DNA from: an uncultured virus (IMG/VR IMGVR_UViG_3300042507_002727)
Taxonomy: Duplodnaviria; Heunggongvirae; Uroviricota; Caudoviricetes
IMG/VR virus record: IMGVR_UViG_3300042507_002727
DNA length: 64,000 nt
Direction: 5' to 3' (one strand)
Shown here one piece after another: positions 28,433-37,522 of this stretch (its first letter is position 1; each line of letters starts with the position of its first letter). Position numbers and translations under genes: made by a program. The notes beneath the pieces are model-generated. The model worked only from the letters and a program-made list of their open reading frames with translations. It was not told where the DNA came from and did no database searches.

Positions 28433-29947
28433 CTAGCCGGACCACGATCTTTCTGGTCCTACGTCTATATGAATGAAGCTGTTGTATCTTCCTATTCCTC
28501 TGAATCCACGCGTTCTCGCCAATCTTATAAACTCTTCTTTAGTTTCATTGTTTAGACCAGACCAAGATATATCTAAAGCCTTTCCTTGCATATGATACGA
28601 GTTCTTAGCGGCCCCGTCTAATTTTGCATTATATTCAGGCGATCTGTATCCACTATTTACAAACAGAGGTCGGCCAAAGTCTTTCTGAACCTTCATTAAC
28701 ATTGCTCTTACTCCAATGTCAACTTTCTCCCAACCATCTCTGCCTAAAGCAGCAACCCACCTACCGTTAAACGTTACTCTAGAGTCACCCTTGCCTTCGT
28801 TCCAAGGAGTTACTGCTTGAAAATCTTCCGGGCCCATTGGCGGAATATCTCCAGCTGCTGTATAAATTTCTCTACTTGTATTTATTCCAGTACCACGAGC
28901 AGGAAGATCGTAACGAATTCCACCAGCAGTGACGGATCGCGCGCTATTTGCGGCTGAGTTTGATGTTAGAATGCTTATCGTATCTTTATATGAATTCACA
29001 AAGGTGTCGAGGGGGTTTTTAATTGCATTGATGCCGTTCTCTACTTGTGAAACGAATTGGCAGAATCTATATAGAAGAAACTGGATATCTTCAAGAGTCG
29101 GGTTTTTAAACACGCCGACCGCATAGTCTATGATTGCTTGTATCTTATTCTTAAAGTTCTTTAAGTTTTCAGGATCAAAGAACTTCATCGCAGCTTCTTT
29201 TATCTTTTGAAACTGACCACCTATCTTTTCTACTATAAATGTCTTTACTTCAGAAATAACATCTGCGATTGAAAAGTTTTCGATAATGTTCTTCACTTTA
29301 TCAATTACTTTATCCAATACTTTTGTTATATTATCTTTAAGCTGATTCAACAGACCTGCTAGAGAAAAGTTAAGTGCGAAGTTCTTTAGCTTATTGACTA
29401 AATCTGCAATTCCGTCAAGGGCCGTAAAGAATGCTCCTATAGCACCAAATATGCTAGGAACGAGAGCGCAGAAACTGCCGATAGTACTCTGAGTAAAGTT
29501 CTTTGTGTAGAACGCTTCGAATTCATTAATTAACTTGATAGATACGATGGAGCTAGATACAGATAGAGTAATCGGGGTATAGCCATACTCACGTATAAAA
29601 TCTGCTATCTCTACAGGAGTGAAGACAACACCGGTGTTTACTCTCTCATCTAACAGGGGGTGTCTATCCGGATTAATGAGGTTTCTAACGTCGGGTCTCG
29701 TAAAGTATTGGTTAACCGCCGCAACGGAAGAATAGAAAGGATCCGTTCCATACTGTCTTGTAATCACGGTGATAGGATCGTTATCTCCAGGAGAAGAGAC
29801 AACACCGCTCTGGTATAAGTCGTTGAGTGATGCGGCACTAAACTCTCCGATATCAAGAGCCTGAGGAATCTCAAGCTCTATGATCTCGCCAGAATCACCA
29901 ACTCTAGTTACGCAATTTCTTCTACTGCACAGACCACTCGTGGTCAT
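28433..29947 (-). CDS. Tail-associated protein with C-terminal peptidase M15 domain
   Basis: NSGYRSPEYNA...AKNSYHMQGKALDI...GIGRYNSFIHIDV; helical middle region. Confidence 0.8.
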   Translation of the reverse strand: MTTSGLCSRRNCVTRVGDSGEIIELEIPQALDIGEFSAASLNDLYQSGVVSSPGDNDPITVITRQYGTDPFYSSVAAVNQYFTRPDVRNLINPDRHPLLDERVNTGVVFTPVEIADFIREYGYTPITLSVSSSIVSIKLINEFEAFYTKNFTQSTIGSFCALVPSIFGAIGAFFTALDGIADLVNKLKNFALNFSLAGLLNQLKDNITKVLDKVIDKVKNIIENFSIADVISEVKTFIVEKIGGQFQKIKEAAMKFFDPENLKNFKNKIQAIIDYAVGVFKNPTLEDIQFLLYRFCQFVSQVENGINAIKNPLDTFVNSYKDTISILTSNSAANSARSVTAGGIRYDLPARGTGINTSREIYTAAGDIPPMGPEDFQAVTPWNEGKGDSRVTFNGRWVAALGRDGWEKVDIGVRAMLMKVQKDFGRPLFVNSGYRSPEYNAKLDGAAKNSYHMQGKALDISWSGLNNETKEEFIRLARTRGFRGIGRYNSFIHIDVGPERSWSG

Positions 29948-29965
29948 AGGTTATCCTCCGAATAC

Positions 29966-31813
29966 TTAAACAAGTGTACCGCTGCTAGTACCAGCGAGAC
30001 CGTTTAAAAACTTTTGTCTTTCAATAGTTCTTCTCTGAACAAGAGCGCTCAAAGTAACGCCGCCAGCTTTTGAATACTCTAACATCTTGGCCGCGATCGT
30101 GGCATTATCTCTTGTACCATTGGCCGTAAGTTCATTTATACTGCCAATGTTATAAGCAAAGCAAGTAAGAGCGTCTTTCGACTCTTGCGTCCAATTATAG
30201 TTACCCTTCTGATTTATCGTCTCAACGTTAACAATAAACTTCTGCAGGTTCTCGCTTAGAAGGCGTGTCGCCTCTTGCTCGGATATAGGTCCGGGTATCT
30301 TAGGCGGTTGACTTGAAGGACCAACACCACTGCCGTAACCAATCGACCATTGTCCGTAATCCTCGTACGGGTACTCACTAAATCCTTCGAAAGATTTTAC
30401 AAGCGTAAGAAGATCCATACTTGCGTTTGCCGATCCGGTATACTCTACCGCAGGATCTGCACCGCTAGCGCTAGAAGAAGAACCTCCACCACCTTCATCC
30501 TGGGATGCGTATCCAGCGGATCCAAGCGATGAACTGTTTCTATATTGAGTCGTGCTTGCACTCTTTGATGCAGGTTCTGGAAGCTCTGTACCCTCTGCAG
30601 CTACCGCAGTTGTTGCTACTGACGGGCTTACTGCAGATCCGTTAGCCATACTAACGTTGTCGTCTATATAAACATTAGAAGCATTAATGTCAACCCGAGA
30701 CTGTCCGCCTATTCTAACAGTCTGAGCTCGAAGATGTCCTATGTCTTCTGCATTTAAGAATAGATTTGTTCCAGACTTAATATCAAGTCGGTCTGTTGAT
30801 TGTATAGCTATAGCCTCACCAGACTTGACACTGATTGACTTTCCGCTCTCAATGTTGATTGCTCTGCTCGATTTTAAATTGATGTTCTCAACGTTAGCTT
30901 CAAAACGAAGCTTGGCGGCTCGCATCTGAACTTCTTCGCTTCCGTTTAAGTTCATCTGACCGGCAACAGATAACAGATGGTTACCGTGAACGATCTGCAT
31001 AAAGTCGCCTTCAACTTCTTCTACCTTATTTCCTTTTACGAGAACTCGGCTATCTCCCATGATAGTCACTTGACTCTTACCACCAACATATACGTGTTGA
31101 TGTGTATCGTTGACCTCGTACTTATCAGAGATTGACTTATGAACCGATGTGCCGTTCGAGTCAATAGATACGTATGAACCTGATCTATGGAATATCGTAA
31201 TTCTCTCTGCACCTGGAGTGTCATCAAGTTCTATCGAGTGGCTTGCCGTTTCAATAACTCTATTGTATGGATACTGTGCGTTGTATGCTGGAGCTGGTTC
31301 TTCGAATGCAGGCGACGGATCATCGCTGTTCATCTTTGCGGTAGGCACGTCCTTTACACGGTTCAATTCTTGCAGAAGAACATATGTCTGATCTAGGTTC
31401 TCTCCTCTTTCGAGTCTCGAGTTTGACGGCTGGCCGTAATCGTCAGGAGTAGATCCTTTTGCGATTATACTTGAGTCACGACCAGGAACTGCGCCCCACC
31501 CGGTGACCGAAGGATTAATCACTTCGGTTAACTGTGTAGGTATAAGACCAAGGATCATAGGTTGCTGTGCATCACGGCCATCAACAAAGAAGCCGAATAC
31601 AAATGAGTTTATAGGAGGTAGAGGGGAGTTTGGATCGTAGCTACCGTATATAAGAGTAGCCCACGGCAGACTCTCGGTTGGTACCTGATCCACAGTTCCA
31701 TGCACTCCGAAGGCACGGACCTGTACTCTCTTTTCAAGTCTCTCATCAACGTTGTTTTCTACAACTCCGATAAAGAAGAGCGGCTCGTATAACCCAACAC
31801 CAGTCTCTCTCAT
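29966..31813 (-). CDS. gp5: Baseplate hub/spike gp5 with C-terminal GH24-type lysozyme
   Basis: FIGVVENNVD...RVQVRAFGVH...LPWA OB-fold, YPYNRV...ELDDTPGAERI, beta-helix repeats, then KSFEGF...SIGYG...FAYNIG...LVQRR; start set at the ATGA overlap at 31813. Confidence 0.88.
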   Translation of the reverse strand: MRETGVGLYEPLFFIGVVENNVDERLEKRVQVRAFGVHGTVDQVPTESLPWATLIYGSYDPNSPLPPINSFVFGFFVDGRDAQQPMILGLIPTQLTEVINPSVTGWGAVPGRDSSIIAKGSTPDDYGQPSNSRLERGENLDQTYVLLQELNRVKDVPTAKMNSDDPSPAFEEPAPAYNAQYPYNRVIETASHSIELDDTPGAERITIFHRSGSYVSIDSNGTSVHKSISDKYEVNDTHQHVYVGGKSQVTIMGDSRVLVKGNKVEEVEGDFMQIVHGNHLLSVAGQMNLNGSEEVQMRAAKLRFEANVENINLKSSRAINIESGKSISVKSGEAIAIQSTDRLDIKSGTNLFLNAEDIGHLRAQTVRIGGQSRVDINASNVYIDDNVSMANGSAVSPSVATTAVAAEGTELPEPASKSASTTQYRNSSSLGSAGYASQDEGGGGSSSSASGADPAVEYTGSANASMDLLTLVKSFEGFSEYPYEDYGQWSIGYGSGVGPSSQPPKIPGPISEQEATRLLSENLQKFIVNVETINQKGNYNWTQESKDALTCFAYNIGSINELTANGTRDNATIAAKMLEYSKAGGVTLSALVQRRTIERQKFLNGLAGTSSGTLV

Positions 31814-33096
31814 TCTGTTGTACTCCAATCATACTTAACAAGTTTCATATCAGTCTGATGTATGTCTTTATTAAAGACATGCGTTAGATCATTTATCATA
31901 TAGTAGCCGGATAGCTGTCTATTCTGCTGCGGGTTAGGCGACATCTTAAACTCAGGAATCTTAATGTTAACGATATCACCAACACTGAAATCAAGGCGGC
32001 CATGCGCCTTCGCGTACACGATAGTGTGATTTAAGTGATGGCGATATGCAAGACGGTTAGATACTATCTCAGGAATGAACTGATCACCTCTCAGTTGCTG
32101 AGTGCCCGAGTCGTCATAGTCCCGTATGACGATATATCTTCTTTCATTCTCAGGAGTAAAGTATCCGTTTATGAATTCGTCCGTATGAGAGTCTTCACCC
32201 TCTCCCTTTCCTGACACGGACATGTACTTCTTCTTGGCATCCTGATAGTTATACTCATACTTATTTGACTTGCCAGGGAGTGTAACTTGTCTCTTTATGA
32301 GGTCGATCTCAATTACGTTGCTACGATAGGAACCGGACGCGAGATCCATCGCGGTGTTGACTCTATCTGAGTTTCTTATCTCAACGAGGTTCTTCATCTG
32401 AGCGAGAAACGCTGTACCAGACTTGTCTACTGCATCACTAAATGTAAACTCTTTAATCTCTTCTTTATTCTCAAGGAAGCGATTGATAAGATACTCGTCA
32501 GATACGAAGTAGTAGTTATCAGATGTTTCAAAAAAACGGAAAGAGCACGACGGACTCTTTCGACTGTATGCTCTGTTTGCAAGAAAGTTCATAGTTTGCA
32601 TAGGAGTATAGTTTGGAACGATGCAACGGAATAATCCAATCGTATCTTCGAGAATGAGCTGTTTAGGTCCTACATAGTAGTTTTGAAACACGTTTTCTAC
32701 TATATTAGAAATCGTATCGTTAAACGGTTCGATAATTCTTCGAAACATTGCTTCAAACGAATACTTAGACATAAAGTGTATTTTATAAGTAAGACCATCG
32801 TTCGTCTTTTTAATATTCACATCTGTGATTTTGTATATCGCAAACTCATGCGTTACTTTATTCTTTAGCGAGTCTTCGATTTGAATCGTAAGGAGTTCTT
32901 CTCCTCTTAAAGGAAGATCTTCTAACAGACCGATATTGTCATACACAGATGCAGTTCCACGTATGCTATCCTTATCAAGAGACTCTTCTATCGTAAACTC
33001 TGGAATTAAGCTAAGTATCTCTATGCCGTCGCCGTTCAGCGGCGTGACTACCGCTGAGATAAGCTTATAGTAACCAGGTAAAACAAATCCACTCAT
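31810..33096 (-). CDS. Baseplate hub / tail protein (gp27-like)
   Basis: Lies between gp53 and gp5; LPLRGEE, FRFFET, SGYYMI...HVF motifs of hub proteins. Confidence 0.6.
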   Translation of the reverse strand: MSGFVLPGYYKLISAVVTPLNGDGIEILSLIPEFTIEESLDKDSIRGTASVYDNIGLLEDLPLRGEELLTIQIEDSLKNKVTHEFAIYKITDVNIKKTNDGLTYKIHFMSKYSFEAMFRRIIEPFNDTISNIVENVFQNYYVGPKQLILEDTIGLFRCIVPNYTPMQTMNFLANRAYSRKSPSCSFRFFETSDNYYFVSDEYLINRFLENKEEIKEFTFSDAVDKSGTAFLAQMKNLVEIRNSDRVNTAMDLASGSYRSNVIEIDLIKRQVTLPGKSNKYEYNYQDAKKKYMSVSGKGEGEDSHTDEFINGYFTPENERRYIVIRDYDDSGTQQLRGDQFIPEIVSNRLAYRHHLNHTIVYAKAHGRLDFSVGDIVNIKIPEFKMSPNPQQNRQLSGYYMINDLTHVFNKDIHQTDMKLVKYDWSTTE

Positions 33097-33344
33097 CTTA
33101 TCTTGTCTTCAATCTCTTTTTCGATCTGCGATAGGTATACACGATCAACGAGTTGTATATTTCTCTTATTATCGTTTAATGCCTGTTCGTATTCGTAAAC
33201 GCGATAAGGAACCCATTCAGCAGGAATGATACGCTTAATTACGATACGTCTTCCAGCTTCTGTTCTTAGGATTACACGATCTTCTTTACGAAGAAAGATA
33301 GTTCGAAAACTATCTGGTGCAAGTCTAATAAAATCAACTGCCAT
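33093..33344 (-). CDS. gp53 C-terminal part (split gene)
   Basis: YEYEQALNDNKRNIQLVD...YLSQIEKE matches the gp53 C-terminal motif; own GAGG Shine-Dalgarno. Confidence 0.6.
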   Translation of the reverse strand: MAVDFIRLAPDSFRTIFLRKEDRVILRTEAGRRIVIKRIIPAEWVPYRVYEYEQALNDNKRNIQLVDRVYLSQIEKEIEDKIR

Positions 33345-33346
33345 GT

Positions 33347-33733
33347 TTATACCTCTTTATAGTAATAGACTATATTGTCGCCAAATGCATCCGTAGTATC
33401 ACGCGCCCAGTCTATCACTTCGTATCCTGTTTTTCCTGATTTCTCAGCATACTTATCGATTAGATAATTATGGAACGTATCTTCATCCATAGGCCAATCG
33501 TGATACGGGTCAATGATATTATTTGATAGATACACGAGCCATGCATAGTTCGGATCGCCGTAGTAATGATAGGCGATGTCTTCTGCGCGATCGCCTTCTT
33601 CTATCGTATAGGGAAGAAACGCGTACGGGTTTTCTATCGACTGTTTAAGAAAGTTAACTCGTCTTGTGATATCTCTCACAAGAACGTTGTTATATCTTAC
33701 CTCTGGTAGTTTTTGAAAATATTCGCCGCTCAT
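33347..33733 (-). CDS. gp53: Baseplate wedge gp53 (N-terminal part)
   Basis: YFQKLP...YTIEEGDRAEDIAYHYYGDPNYAWLVYLSNNIIDPYHDWPM. Confidence 0.85.
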   Translation of the reverse strand: MSGEYFQKLPEVRYNNVLVRDITRRVNFLKQSIENPYAFLPYTIEEGDRAEDIAYHYYGDPNYAWLVYLSNNIIDPYHDWPMDEDTFHNYLIDKYAEKSGKTGYEVIDWARDTTDAFGDNIVYYYKEV

Positions 33734-33735
33734 TT

Positions 33736-34695
33736 TTATCTTTCATCTATGCTAGTTTGTACAACAGACGGTGAAAATGTTGAAGCACCACCATAATCTT
33801 CTGCGGTATGGATGTCAGCTTCAACGAGATTCATGCTCAAACTAACCATTGCTGGCTTTCCACCCTTTACGATAGCTAGGCCGTGTGGAGTATAGCTCAC
33901 GTTAAATCCCTGTATCATGGATGTCTTAAAGTACATATAGTACTGCTGGTCTACGCCCAGTAGGAATATATCTACGGTGCTTGGATAGTTTAAGAGAGCT
34001 TGTGAAAATCCAACGGCGGTGCCGTATGTCGGTAGCATGTTTCGCTTAATCGTATTCGTTATATCACGTATTACATCGGATTCCCGAGCGTCTTGTGGAG
34101 CTAGGTTCCAATCAAACGTTAGTTGCTTTAAGTTAACACCATCAAAGTAGAGTGATGTCTTTGGGTTAATAGTGTTTCCTAGTCCAGTGTCAACAGCTCT
34201 TCCTAGATTAGAAGGAAGGCTTCTTCTTCCGAGAAACGCAACGTTTCTAGATATATCACCCATGTTAGGAGATAGTATAGAGTTTGCATCCAATCCAGAA
34301 CCACTAAGCACACCGCCGAGCGCAGTAGCGATGTTTCCTGAGCTCAAGTCTCCAGCGCCTGCAAATTGAGATGCTGCTCCGGCAACTAGAGCACCACTGA
34401 GTTCTGCGTCGTATCCTTGAACACGAACGTTGTATGAATCTTGAAGATTTACCGGCAGCGGTAGTTCTATTGTGGTCTTTCCAGCAGGAGTTGGACCGGT
34501 GACGTTACCTCTTCCGGTACTTCCTAGTTTGTTCAATCCTCTTTGACCCGGAGCTACATACTTATACTGATTGAAAACCATCAGCATTCTATGAGCACCC
34601 TGATTATGAATAGGGAACCTTAAGCTCTGTATTGTTGCAGAAGCTTTACTTGTTCTGATGGCTGGCTGCGGAAAGTCGTTTATATTTCCCAACAC
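33736..34695 (-). CDS. gp48: Baseplate tail-tube cap gp48-like
   Basis: IELPLP...INPKTSLYFDGV...FDWNLAPQDARES...VSYTP. Confidence 0.75.
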   Translation of the reverse strand: MLGNINDFPQPAIRTSKASATIQSLRFPIHNQGAHRMLMVFNQYKYVAPGQRGLNKLGSTGRGNVTGPTPAGKTTIELPLPVNLQDSYNVRVQGYDAELSGALVAGAASQFAGAGDLSSGNIATALGGVLSGSGLDANSILSPNMGDISRNVAFLGRRSLPSNLGRAVDTGLGNTINPKTSLYFDGVNLKQLTFDWNLAPQDARESDVIRDITNTIKRNMLPTYGTAVGFSQALLNYPSTVDIFLLGVDQQYYMYFKTSMIQGFNVSYTPHGLAIVKGGKPAMVSLSMNLVEADIHTAEDYGGASTFSPSVVQTSIDER

Positions 34696-34705
34696 GCGTT
34701 TCCTT

Positions 34706-34738
34706 TATAAATAGGATATGAGATTGATTCTATTTATA
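34706..34738. promoter_or_regulatory. Pair of face-to-face T4 late promoters
   Basis: TATAAATA on + at 34706-34713 (towards gp4) and on - at 34731-34738 (towards gp48). Confidence 0.8.
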
Positions 34739-34754
34739 TTGAAAACGGAAAGAC

Positions 34755-35213
34755 ATGTCCTACAAAGGCCGATTTAGACCAAAACACCCAGAGAAGTACA
34801 ACGGCGATCCGACTAAAATTACATATCGTTCGTTATGGGAATTTAAATTCTTTCGTCACCTTGATGAACATCCTGACGTATTATGGTGGGCTTCTGAAGA
34901 ATACATTGTTCCATACGTGTCGCCGGTAGATGGAAGAATGCATCGTTATTTTCCAGACGTCGTTTTAAGGAAAAAGAACGCAAGCGGAACTACCGAGACA
35001 TTAATGATAGAGATAAAACCCAAGGCTCAAACAAAGCCACCGGATATAAGGAAAAAGAATGCGACGCCATCCGGCAGAGTTTCAAGAAGGTACATCAACG
35101 AAGTGAAGACCTACGGTGTAAACGAAGCAAAATGGATAGCAGCAAGAAAGTTCTGCGCCGAAAAGGGTTGGCAGTTTCAAATCATAACCGAAGATCATTT
35201 AGGAATTAAGTAA
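34755..35213 (+). CDS. gp4: Head completion nuclease gp4
   Basis: YKGRFRPKHPEKYNGD...YRSLWE...HRYFPD...IEIKP...NEAKWIAA. Confidence 0.92.
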   Translation: MSYKGRFRPKHPEKYNGDPTKITYRSLWEFKFFRHLDEHPDVLWWASEEYIVPYVSPVDGRMHRYFPDVVLRKKNASGTTETLMIEIKPKAQTKPPDIRKKNATPSGRVSRRYINEVKTYGVNEAKWIAARKFCAEKGWQFQIITEDHLGIK

Positions 35214-35214
35214 G

Positions 35215-35832
35215 ATGGCAGCAAAGGTTTTTGACGATCTTCTCCTAAAGGGAATTCGTTCCGGCCAAGTTCCTGCGAGAACAAAGGCTGCTCGTGATTG
35301 GTATCGCGACCAAGCAAACGGCATTGCAAGATCTGAGTTTAGAGATAAAGAATTAAAATTCGTACGTGAAATGGGAACTGACCGATACGAAAACAGATTT
35401 CGCATCGGTCATATGTACATGTTTGTGTATGATCCAAAGCACAAAGAAACACTTCCTTATTACGATAGGTTTCCTCTTATATTCCCGATAAATAAAGCAA
35501 AGGGCGGGTTCCTTGGCATTAACTTTCACTACTTGCCGCTGCCACAAAGAGCTAAATTAATGGATGCGTTATATAATGTCACATCAAATGATAACTTTGA
35601 CGAAACAACTAAACTAAGGGCTTCATATAGTTTATTGAATGGTGCTTCTCAATACAAAGAGTTCAGGCCGACCGTGAAACACTACCTAGCGTCACAAGTA
35701 AGAACGAGACTTGTGTACATCAATCCAGCTGAGTGGGACATGGCACTTTTCTTGCCGACAGAAAACTTCGTTGGAGCAAGTAAGACTAAAGTCTGGGAAG
35801 ACTCAAGAAAGATCATAAGAGGCGGAAGATAA
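35215..35832 (+). CDS. gp2: DNA end protector protein gp2
   Basis: YDPKHKETLPYYDRFPL...GINFHYLP...KHYL. Confidence 0.92.
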   Translation: MAAKVFDDLLLKGIRSGQVPARTKAARDWYRDQANGIARSEFRDKELKFVREMGTDRYENRFRIGHMYMFVYDPKHKETLPYYDRFPLIFPINKAKGGFLGINFHYLPLPQRAKLMDALYNVTSNDNFDETTKLRASYSLLNGASQYKEFRPTVKHYLASQVRTRLVYINPAEWDMALFLPTENFVGASKTKVWEDSRKIIRGGR

Positions 35833-36630
35833 ATGCCATTCAATATAAACGAGTTTAAGAGCACAATGAATAAGTACGGTGGACCAGCCCGTAAGAATTT
35901 GTTTGTTGTTGAGATTATGAACGTGCCGCCATTTAATAACGGAATGTCTCTGCGTGATTTAAGATTCTTTTGTCAAACTGCGCAGGCGCCTGGAGTAAAC
36001 GTTGCGGTCACTGATAACTTTCCAAACGGGTTCGGCGTAAGACAATCCATCCCAACACAGATGACGCACTCGCCATTTAATGCAGTCTTTATGTTGGACT
36101 CGGATCATCAAGTATTGCGCTTTTTTCACCAATGGTTACAAAGTGTTATAAACTTTGACTATACTAGAGGTGGGTATAATTCAGTTAACGATCAGCTTCC
36201 GTATGAAGTTGGGTACGTAAAGGACATATCGACTCGTATTGTAATACGAAGCTATAGCACAGACTCAAACGGTTACTATGAGTATGTTCTCGAGGACGCG
36301 TTTCCAACAGAGATATCTGGAGAAACTCTATCTTGGTCAGACACCGATTCATACGCAACAGCTACAGTCAACTTTGCATACTCGCATCTAAGTGTATCTG
36401 GTTTTAAACCAGGTACTTACTCTGAAAGAAATAATAGAGGAAACGGCTTCTTAGAACTAATCAACAGAATTGGCACAACAGGTCAACTTATAAACCAAGG
36501 TAACCTGCCGACTTCTGTTCAAGATGCAATTAACTCATTCACTAATTTTAACACAAAGCTCATAAATGTGAACAATTCATTGTCTCAGATAAAAACCGGT
36601 CTGAGCAATATTGGAAATATTTTTAGATAA
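35833..36630 (+). CDS. Tail tube family protein (gp54/gp19-like)
   Basis: GGPARKNLFVV...FCQTAQAPG...FFHQW...LEDAFPT...VNFAY; lies between gp2 and gp26. Confidence 0.7.
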   Translation: MPFNINEFKSTMNKYGGPARKNLFVVEIMNVPPFNNGMSLRDLRFFCQTAQAPGVNVAVTDNFPNGFGVRQSIPTQMTHSPFNAVFMLDSDHQVLRFFHQWLQSVINFDYTRGGYNSVNDQLPYEVGYVKDISTRIVIRSYSTDSNGYYEYVLEDAFPTEISGETLSWSDTDSYATATVNFAYSHLSVSGFKPGTYSERNNRGNGFLELINRIGTTGQLINQGNLPTSVQDAINSFTNFNTKLINVNNSLSQIKTGLSNIGNIFR

Positions 36631-36645
36631 TAAGGAGACTATGAT

Positions 36646-37347
36646 ATGGCGCTACCTAAGATTACCCTACCTATATACGAACTTAAACTTCCGTCGAACG
36701 ATAAGAAAGTTAAGTTTAGACCCTTCACTGTAAAGGAAGAAAAGATACTTCTCATCGCTCAAGAGACTCAAGATCCGGCACAGATTATAAACTCAGTGAA
36801 ACAAGTCGTGAATAACTGTTTAATTGATTACGACATCGAAGATCTTGCGTTGTTTGATCTAGAGTATCTTCTTATTAATATAAGAGCGAAGTCGATCGAT
36901 AACATCGTAAAGTTTAAGATCGAAGATCCGGATACAAAAGACGAGGTGCAGCTCGAATTGGATCTAAATAACGTTAAGGTAGAAAGAGACGATAAACATA
37001 CGAATAGAATAAAACTTAATGACACATATACTCTATTCTTAAAGTATCCTAGCATAGATGTATTCTTTGACTTCTTAACGCAAGAGAAACCAAGCGCTGA
37101 AAAGAACTTAGAAATAATGCTATCTTGCATGGATAGATTAGTATCAGAAGAAGAAGTGTATAACTTTAAAGACTTTACGAAAAAAGAAGTAGACACTTTT
37201 GTTGAGAGTCTTCACGCAGATTCCGTTAAGAAGCTTAAAGAATTCTTTGATACAATTCCTAAGATAAGACACGAGATACCGTATAGAAATAGAGCAGGCG
37301 AAGATAAGACTTTCGTAATACAAGGAACCCAAACTTTTTTTATCTAA
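36646..37347 (+). CDS. gp26: Baseplate hub subunit gp26
   Basis: MALPKI...PIYELKLPS...FRPFTVKEEKILL...IRAKS...FFDTIPK. Confidence 0.9.
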   Translation: MALPKITLPIYELKLPSNDKKVKFRPFTVKEEKILLIAQETQDPAQIINSVKQVVNNCLIDYDIEDLALFDLEYLLINIRAKSIDNIVKFKIEDPDTKDEVQLELDLNNVKVERDDKHTNRIKLNDTYTLFLKYPSIDVFFDFLTQEKPSAEKNLEIMLSCMDRLVSEEEVYNFKDFTKKEVDTFVESLHADSVKKLKEFFDTIPKIRHEIPYRNRAGEDKTFVIQGTQTFFI

Positions 37348-37514
37348 TGTTGAGTCATACAAACCTGTCCATATATTATAATAAGATGTTTGGTATGGTT
37401 CAACACCACAAATACAGTATGTTTGATATTGAAAGTTCTATGCCTTTTGAAAGAGATCTATACTACGATCTTTTAGTGGACTACATTAAGAAAGAAGAAG
37501 AAAAGAGAAAGTAG
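37347..37514 (+). CDS. gp51: Baseplate hub assembly protein gp51-like (55 aa)
   Basis: Hand-translated MLSHTNLSIYY...MVQHHKYSMFDIESSMPFERDLYYDLL; TAATG overlap with gp26. Confidence 0.8.
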   Translation: MLSHTNLSIYYNKMFGMVQHHKYSMFDIESSMPFERDLYYDLLVDYIKKEEEKRK

Positions 37515-37522
37515 GCCAAGAC

